From assembly GCA_013239625.1 (NCBI GenBank), contig MU053559.1:2710324-2774323 (forward strand): a stretch of 64,000 nucleotides of DNA, read 5' to 3'. Each line of letters begins with the position of its first letter. The first letter of the stretch is position 1. Made by a program: the position numbers and the translations under genes. The notes under the pieces were generated by a model that worked only from the letters and a program-made list of their open reading frames with translations, searched no databases and was not told the DNA's origin. The DNA is from Lama guanicoe (Eukaryota). Shown piece after piece: positions 55,402-64,000 of the stretch.

Positions 55402-56122
55402 ACCTAGACTGTATTATAGTACCCACCACAACCCTAAATTAAGAAATATAGCTTAGTAAAACTACAGTCAACTTATACTGAAGGCTTTTACACTGTGTCT
55501 CAAGTTACTCTCAACAATGTGGTTAAGTTAGCATTTTTTCACCAATACCAGAGTCCATTCAGGTGTTTTCACTGATCCCCAACATAATTCTTAGAGAAAC
55601 TCCTGAATGCTCAGAGCTTCAGGCTATACTGCCCAGATGTGAGAGGGGAGCGCTTCGCAGTCCTTCAGAGGACACTGTGAGCTCCGCTCTTTCTAGCTGT
55701 TTCTGGTTTCTCAGACTACTTGCAAACTGAAGAAAAGGGCGTTGAGGGTTCTGCTTCCATTTTCATGAACGTATCTATGTAAAAGTGGATTGGAAAACAA
55801 GAGTGATAAACTAAATTATACAAAAACAGTGTGAGCCTTAGAACAACACAGATGAAATAAAAGGTTGGCAACCTCATGTTAGACCCTCCTCTTGCCAAAT
55901 TTTCTTAAATCTGTGAAATCCCATAGAAGGCACTGTTGGCTGATCAACTCTCCTTTTTCCCAGCTACTTTCAGTGAGAAAAAGTTGGGAATGCAACACAG
56001 GTCTAGCTACTGAGACAGGCAGACTTCTACCATGGGATTTCTAGGAAAGCTTTTGTTTTCTTTGCATAAATGTTTCCTTTCTCCTTCCTCATCCTGTTAG
56101 TATGTCATGGTCACCAGAGTGA

Positions 56123-56590
56123 TGAAGGTATTAATTAACAGCCAACCAAAATGGTATGAAAATTACTTTAAACTGAAAACATATGAACAATCAGGAGCCC
56201 CAGGAACAAACATTATTTAATTAAGCAGAGAATCCTGAAATTACAGCTGCCAATGACCCCCCCTTCCAAGGGAGTTTACTAATTGGGAAAATACTGACTC
56301 TTAGCACTGGGAAGTGTGAATTCGGTTGCCCATCTGCATCAAAAAGTCCAACAGAACCTTAACCTTCCCTACCTTCTGAATGAAGCCCTGAAGCCTCTGC
56401 CTGTTCTGTTAGGTTTACATATAAACCTTTATCTCTGGCTGAGGGACTTACTCCTTACTAAGCAAACCCAGTGTGTATGTGTAAACAAACTTTTGTCTTT
56501 TTTTCTGCTAATCTGTCTACTGTCAGTCAGTTTGCGGGCTCTCATCAAATACACCCAAGCTGCAAGAGGAAAAAGTATTTCCTCCCAACA
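56123..56590 (+). mobile_element. Solo LTR (class I ERV, MER34/39-like), 468 bp
   Basis: TG...CA termini and a 4-bp TSD GTGA (56119-56122, 56591-56594); TATA-like CATATAAA; ends TTTCCTCCCAACA. Confidence 0.72.
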
Positions 56591-57379
56591 GTGACAAGCA
56601 GCAACCCTGTGTGAAAATCAGACTGGGCAGGGACTGGAGTGGCAGTCATGGACATATCACAATTTTAGAGAAAAACAAGCTTTTAAGACAATAGTATAGT
56701 GCCAGTAAGATTAAGATCAGAATACTGCCCCACTCCTTTGAGGACACAGCTATTTCCTATTTAGCATGGTTTGAGCTTTTTGAGGAAAGTTTAGACCCAG
56801 TATCCTACAAGCATACAGCAGTTAGAAGGTAACTATTTCCTATTCAAAGGGAGAGTGAGCTTAAAGAATGAGAATATTTGTAAAATAATCAAGCTTCTAA
56901 AAAAATTTATTAGACAAAAATCACAGCCAAAGGTAGTCATTTAGGGCAACTAATTAGGCTCTAAATGAGATTATCAAGATATTGTTATAAGGCTGCCAAT
57001 CTTTGAGTAGAATAGCAATTTTACTGTAGTACCACCAAACCTCCCAAACTCCACTAACCATCTTTGAAGACAATCATATTTTTATGCAGGGATATCACTA
57101 AGAAATAAAATCAAGACAGACTATTAGAAAAATACAAAACTCCTTAATCTTATTCTTCTCTGATACTAATTCCACAGAGCCAGTGATACACAGCAAGGGA
57201 AATGAAGGCATTCCAAAACTCCAGAAATGAATTTCTAAATGCCCTCTGGTTACCCTCCACCTGCTGCATACACTACAGATGCCTGAAACTCCATGAATCT
57301 TACTTACATTGAACAGGAAAGTCTGATGCTCTAATGGTACTGAAGATTTTAGACAGTGGTAACAATCTCAGTCAGCCAA

Positions 57380-58170
57380 GCCAAAAAGTAGTCCTACTTT
57401 TCTTCTCTCACCTCCTCCCAACCAGTAAGCCAAATTCATTCTATTCACAATGCTCATTTTCCAATCTAAAAGCCTTTGAATCTGTCCCCTTCTTCATTCC
57501 TACTGTTTTTCTCTAGGTAATTTAGGATCTTGCCTTCGTCTGCCTGGCCTGTTCCAATAGTTTCCTAACTCAGTTTCCAAATTTTAGCCCCCCCTCCCTC
57601 TTCCCCTTTCAATATACCTTCCGAACCACTACCAGTGAGCTTTCAAAAACTCAAACACAACAACTTCCTATTTTAAACTCCTCTGAAAATTCCCTACAAC
57701 CTAGTATAACTATAAGGGTCTTCATTTTACAACTCTTGCTCAATTTTCTCAATCTCACAGCCACCACTTCAATCAGGACAAACTGACATGCAAAGACCTA
57801 TGAATAAAATACACTCTTACACATTTCTGTGACTTTAAACATGTTTGCTTCCTCTGCTGAAAAAGCCAATGCCATCTTTTCTTCAACTCATTTCTCAATC
57901 TGGCAAATTCCTATCCATCCTTTAACACGACTCATCTCTTCCTTCCAGGAGTATTAATCTGACACATTTCCAAGTACAGATAATGTTAGGTTCTCTGATA
58001 CATGTTTCCAAATGAATACTCATGTCTATTATAGATACGCTCTTTATATCCTCCACTAGAATATGAGCTTGTAAAAAGACAGATAGAACCCAAGTGATGT
58101 TTTGATCCCTACAAAAAGTAACTAGCATATATAAGTTACTTAGGAATGGTATGCTGCTGAATAAATCAAT
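57380..58170 (+). mobile_element. LINE-2 3' fragment
   Basis: GGCAAATTCCTATCCATCCTTTAA, CTAGAATATGAGCTTGTAA and a CTGAATAAAT end; boundaries approximate. Confidence 0.6.
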
Positions 58171-60029
58171 CTCATAGCTTTGAATAAAAAAATAAGCTTT
58201 AAATAGCTTTAAATATTACAAATTTTCATCAAAGAATTTGATACTCTGCTGATCTGATTTATACATAATCACTTCCTTAATACAGCCTGAACTATGTTTG
58301 GGACACTTAAAAGGGTTTTCCTAGTTATAATAATATAGCAAAAGAGGTTGCTAAAGCTCATTATATCCATCTGGCCCAAAGTTACAGCATTAGATTAGAC
58401 CAGAAGTTCTGCTTCCAAAACCAATGCATAGTGTTGCACAGCGATCATATAATCAGGCTATAGAGGCCATCAGAATGGGCTTGTCACTTACCATCAACTC
58501 ACAAAATAAGTTAACTGAGTCTCAATCTCATAGGGTTGCTTTGGGGAATCAGAGATCATACATGTGAAACACTAACCTGGCACTTGGGATTTCTGTTGGA
58601 AGTAAAGGAGGCAATGTATCTACCACCACCAAGACAACTATTGAGCACATGGTAATTGCTCAATGGATCTAACATGATACATAAAATTCTTGATAAGTCT
58701 CACATGCTGTAAAAAAAATTATACATTAAAAATAAGAGGACTCAGAAATAAAAGAGAGTTATGGACAAGACAACTCAAAACCTATGCAACATTATAACCA
58801 GAGGATTTCAAAAATAGTAACTAGTACCTGGAGACAGCCTGAACCACTCAGGCCTTAAGCTCAGCATGGTGACAGGCTGCCACAGTCAATATTAAAAATG
58901 AACAAAACAATGAAGTTGGAATGCTGGCAATCCTTTAAAATAGAGCAGAGCTGGCAGGTGCTGAGACAATGAAAATAGCTGGGAAATGTACAAAACTGGG
59001 AATGTGTCTTTCTGAGAAAGAGCCCTGGATGAAGGTACTCATGTTTAATATTCTTAAAACCTATAGACTACCAGGACTACTGCTACCGGTGTAGCAGTCA
59101 AGGTGAGAATTTTTCCCTTTCATACTTAAGTTTATAATTATACTCCCAACATCTAGAAAAAAATTTAAGTGAAACAATAAGATTTTCATGTCATACAAAT
59201 ATAATTGCCTTATTTACCAATAACATGAGTTAATCTGTATTAGTAGTACAGTCTGTTTTGCAACATGTACTTTCTCTACTGCTTTCTATCCTATTATCAT
59301 AATCAGACAAAATAAGGACTTTTCTCAGCCTCCCTTGCAGCTAAAAGTGCTCAAATTACTAAGTTCTTCCCAGTGAGATGTGTATAAAGGGCTCTGTACA
59401 ATCTCATGATTTCCTTAAAGGAAAGGGTTGTTGCCCCCTGCTCCCTCTTCCTCTGACTAGCTTCTTGGGATGCAGAACCAGCTCCAAGGCATCGGATAAA
59501 GACAACTCAAGAAAGAAAAAATATAGATCAATTTCAGTTATGAACAAAGATGCAATGATGCTACATATTAGCAACTCCAGTCCAAAAATACTCTACAACA
59601 ATAAAAACTTATCGCCAATTTGAACTTACTTCAGAAATACAAGATTAATTTAAGAAGGAAAAAAATACAAAATTCTCTCAGTGGATGCAGGAAAAGTATT
59701 TGCAAACAAAAAATGTTGACTTTTAAACTGAAATATTTAAAAGTTGGCTTTCATTAGAGTAAGGAAGTTCCTTTCTGTTCTTCATTTGTTATTTACAAAA
59801 AAAGAAACCTGAAGCACTCATACTTGATGGTAAAACATTTAAAATGCTCCCTTTAAGAAGGGAAACAAGACAAATGTACTGTATCACCTCTTTCAATCAA
59901 CACTGTGCTGGCATCCTAGTTACTGCAGTAGCAGAAGAAAAGATCACAAAAATTAAAAATGAAGAAACAAAATGACCATTAATTACAAAGGTAGGATGGT
60001 CTACATAGATAATCCAAAGAAACAGTCAA

Positions 60030-60205
60030 TTAGCCAAGTTAGTTCTAACCACCCCTTTAAGTTACTCATCACTGAGTTCTCCTGAATGTATATGCACTGC
60101 ATGTATAAACAGTTTTTTTTTCTTCTAGTTAATCTGTTTTAAGTGTAATTCACAGGCCCTAGTCACAAACCTAAGGGGTAAGAGGAAAGTTTTTCCTCCC
60201 CTACA
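60030..60205 (+). mobile_element. 3' part of an LTR related to 56123-56590, within old L1 ORF2 remnants
   Basis: Shared ending TAATCTGT...CCTAAG...AAGAGGAAAGTTTTTCCTCCCCTACA. Confidence 0.6.
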
Positions 60206-62234
60206 TTGCTTTTTAATTATTTTGCCATTTCTACGTGCTATGTACAACAAACTGTTGTTTTTATTTATTATCAGTATTAGAAAGGTTTTTATTACTATGA
60301 TTAATAGTCAAGATATAATGGCATGATTTAATAGTCATAAAAGGATTGGCAAATTTTCATCATTTCAAAAATGACTGTCATTTGCACTTAACTAGGTAAG
60401 AAAAAGTATGATCTCTCAAGAAATAAAAATTTTAGTTGCATAAAAAACATTATTTAGTTTTGAAATGTTAAACAAAGATTACAGATCAATAAGCCCTAAG
60501 TGTCCATTCTAATTCCAAAGGCTCTAACAAAAACTTAAGTTTATCATAAAATCTGCCACCAACACTCTTTGGGTAGAAAAATCTTACCAAAACTGACAGA
60601 AGTCTTTATTTACCTACCCACTTAATGTAACTAACTATGTGTACTATGGCTGCAGAGAAGTAAATATGTTGCTTGCAGAAGTCTATACTAGACACCACAG
60701 GGGTATTATGTAACATAACTATGTAACATAGTGAATAAATCATTATCTTTCTGAAATTCAAAAAAAAATCCTCTCAACTCTACATAATTCTGGATACAAA
60801 AACTTCAGATAAAGAACTGAGGACCTGCAGCATGGGGAATCACTTCACTTTTAGTGGACAGGTTTGAAGAAATATGGTTTGAAGAGATAAATACAACTAA
60901 AACTTTGGAGATAATTATCTCAGTCATATTTCAAAAAAATAAATACTATAAGTATATTCTTCAATTTACAATACACTTTGGGTACAAATCACAAAAAAAA
61001 TGAGCAAACCTATAAAAAGCTAAACCTAAAAATCACTGAGTCATCAATGTGAACTCTGATCACCACCAACCATGAAGCATGTTCACTAGGTAAACCCACG
61101 GTTCACCCACTGGGTCACAAATAGTACTGTTACATTATTTAATGATGCTTGGAAAAGAGAAATTAAAATACACAGCATTATTATCTCAAGTGACAGCATC
61201 TAGTACAAGTCCACACTCAGCCTGAACCTGAGAACCTAAGCTATACCTGTCTGTGTTAACACGACTTTGCTAGTCCTCTATCTTCATTCGCATTACCTTA
61301 CTTTCCCATGCCTTCTGCCCAGGCACATGGTTTGTCTGTTACCATATCAACAATAGTTTGTGGTCCAAGAGTCTTTGAACCCCTTACCTCAAATTCCTCG
61401 CCTTGCTATATTTTTCATAACTTCTGGACTGTTACTTGGTGACTCTAACCTAATCAAGCTCCCAATTTGAAAGATCTGCCTTAAAACAAAGTTTCAGTGC
61501 TCCATTCTGATCTTACCTTCCCCTCATGAGATGCCAATAAAGCTTTGCTAAAGTGGTGTTCTCCCTTACCATGGTACCCAGTGAACTCAGGTTTGAGTTC
61601 TTCATATTTGGGGAGTCAGCTTTTGACACCTGGGAGGATCTCAAATTACCTGTTAAGAATTCTGTACAAGAAGAAACTACCAATGGCAAATAATTTTGAT
61701 AGCTAATCATTATTCCATGTATTGGGCATTTCATAATGAACTTATGTTCCCTCTTTATTAGACATGTCTACAATAAGTTTTTTCCATAATAAATTTTGTA
61801 ATAAGTTTTCCTTATCATAAGTAAGATTAGAGGGGAGTTCTACTTCTGGCAATAGTAGACTAATCTGTTTCAGACTTAAATCCCAATTCCGTTTCCTCTT
61901 CAAATACCTATAACTAGAAAAGCTGGACAAAAGACTGATGTTAATCTGTTTTCAGGCATCAAACAACTACCAGGGCATCAAGAACATGAAAAGTTAAGAT
62001 TGGTAATAGCCAACGTTAATTACAAACCAAATGTCCTTCAACAATAAAATGAATAAATTATGGCATATTCACACAATGAAATATTACACAGCAATGAAAG
62101 CAAACTACTGCAGGATACAACTACAGGGATGAATCTAATGAATATAATACTGAGTGAAGAAAAAGTTTTAAAAGCATGCTGCATGATTACATGTTCATGA
62201 AGTTCAAAAGCAGGGAAAGTGGACAGTTATAGTA

Positions 62235-63465
62235 AGAGAATTAAATTAGGACATTTTCTCACACCATATTCAAAAATAAACTCAAAATGGATTTAAAACC
62301 TAAATCTAAGACTGGAAACCATAAAACTCCTAGAAGAAAACACAGGCAGAATAATCCCTGACATGTATCATAGCAATATTTTTTTGGATATGTGTCCTAA
62401 AGCAAAGGAAACAAAAACAAAAATAAACAAATGGGACCTGATTAAACTTAAAAGCTCTTGCACAGCAAAGGAAACAATCAACAAAACAAAAAGAGAAACT
62501 ACTGAATGGGAGAAAACATTTACAAATAATATAACTCATAAGGGGTTAATATCTAAAATATATAAACAGCTACAACTAAATATCAAAAAAATTTTTGATT
62601 TAAACATGGGCAGAAGACTTGAGTAGACATTTTTCCAAACAAGACATACAAATGGTCAACAGGCACATGAAAAGATGTTCAACATCACTAATCATCAGAG
62701 AAATGTAAATCAAAACCAAAGTAAGAAAACCTCACACCTGTCAAAATGGCTATCATCAAAAAGACAACAAAAATAACATGCTGGCAAGGATGGGGAGAAA
62801 AGAGAACCCTTGTACACTATTGGTAGGAATATAAATTGGTGCAGCCACTATGGAAAATAGTATGGAGGTTCCTCAAAAAAACTAAAAATAAAACTTCCAT
62901 ATGATCCAGCAATTCTACACCTGGGTATTTATCAGAAGAAAAAGAAAACCCTAATTTGAAAGCACACATGAACCCCAATGTTCAGAGCAGCATTATTTAC
63001 AATTGCTAAGATATGGAAGCAACTTAAGTGTCCAACAACAGATAAACAGACAAAGAAGATGTGGTGTGTACATGTACATACACACACATGCACAGGAATA
63101 CTACTCAGCCATTAAAAAGAATCAAATTCTGCCATTTGCATCAACATAGATGGACCTGGAGGGCACTGTCCTTAGTGAAGTAAGTCAGAGAAAGACAAAT
63201 ATTGAATGTTATCACTTATATGTGGAGTTGAAAGAATAAAATAAAATAAAATAAAATAAAATAAAATAAAACAAATGACTGAAGATAATAAAACAGAAAC
63301 AAGCTCACAAATACAAACTAGTGACTACGAGAGGGGAGAGGAAAGAGGATGAGGCAAGATAGGGGTAGGAGATTAATAGGTTCAAACTACTATGTATAAA
63401 ATAAATCAGCTACAAGTATATACTGTACAGCACAGGAAATAAAGCCAAGATTTCATAATAACCTT
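62235..63465 (+). mobile_element. L1 3' ORF2 + 3'UTR fragment, with (TAAAA)n at about 63236-63270
   Basis: ORF 62363..62626 [32 protein letters not shown] is ORF2p; TGGTGCAGCCACTATGGAAAATAGTATGGAGGTTCCTCAAAAAA. Confidence 0.92.
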
Positions 63466-64000
63466 TTTAAAAAAGGCACACCAACCTATAATTCCCTATC
63501 TAGCAAAAAATGTCCTTTAAAATTAAGTTCAAAAATATTTACAGATAAAAGAAATTCATCTCCACCAGACCTTTACTATAAGAAACCCTAAACAAAGTTC
63601 TTTGGTCTAAAAGAAAATGACAGTACACAGTAACAATTCACAGAAAGTAACAAAGAGAATCAGAAAAGGTAACCACATGAGTAAATAAAACTACTACATT
63701 GTAATATACAGACCTGTTCAAAGCAAAGTAACAGCAACCTGTGGAGTTAATAATGTAGATCTAATACATACAACAACTATTACATAAAGGACATGGGTGG
63801 GTAAGGTATGGACCTATATAATTGTAAACTTTCTACATTTTACATGAACTAGTGCAATATTAACTGAGACTTGACTGTTATAATCCCTAGAACCACCACT
63901 AAACAAATAATGAAAAGAAGAATAGATGAAAAGGCCAACAGAAAAAGTAAAACTGTATAACAGAATGAAATGGGGGGGGGGCAAGTAAGGAGGAACGTAA

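Overview
AT-rich mammalian genomic DNA. The whole window lies inside KDM6A (UTX, the X-linked H3K27me2/3 demethylase) on the minus strand. I traced 13 coding exons by hand (numbered 5-17 as in the long human isoform, 52081 down to 3090). All have GT-AG boundaries and join in frame to 1662 nt / 554 codons, covering the TPR repeats and the start of the disordered linker. The N-terminal exons and the JmjC exons are outside the window. Two tRNA-Ala-derived SINEs of Vic-1 type suggest a camelid. The introns are mostly old L1, L2, MIR, hAT (MER20, MER58) and solo LTR fragments. I found no convincing new multi-gene system. The best leads are: (1) exon 17 lacks the first 33 nt (MRPTGVAQVRS) of the human exon as I recall it; (2) a 2.8-kb retroelement bounded by a 21-bp target-site duplication (TSD), built from L1 5'UTR + ORF1, inverted ORF2 pieces and a distinct polyadenylated tail, with a second copy of that tail about 6 kb away; (3) a candidate in-frame 54-nt cassette exon after exon 7 that also contains an RFX X-box; (4) a candidate poison exon in the same intron. 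Repeat subfamily names and the boundaries of old repeats were judged by eye and are approximate. Comparisons to human come from memory, not from an alignment.
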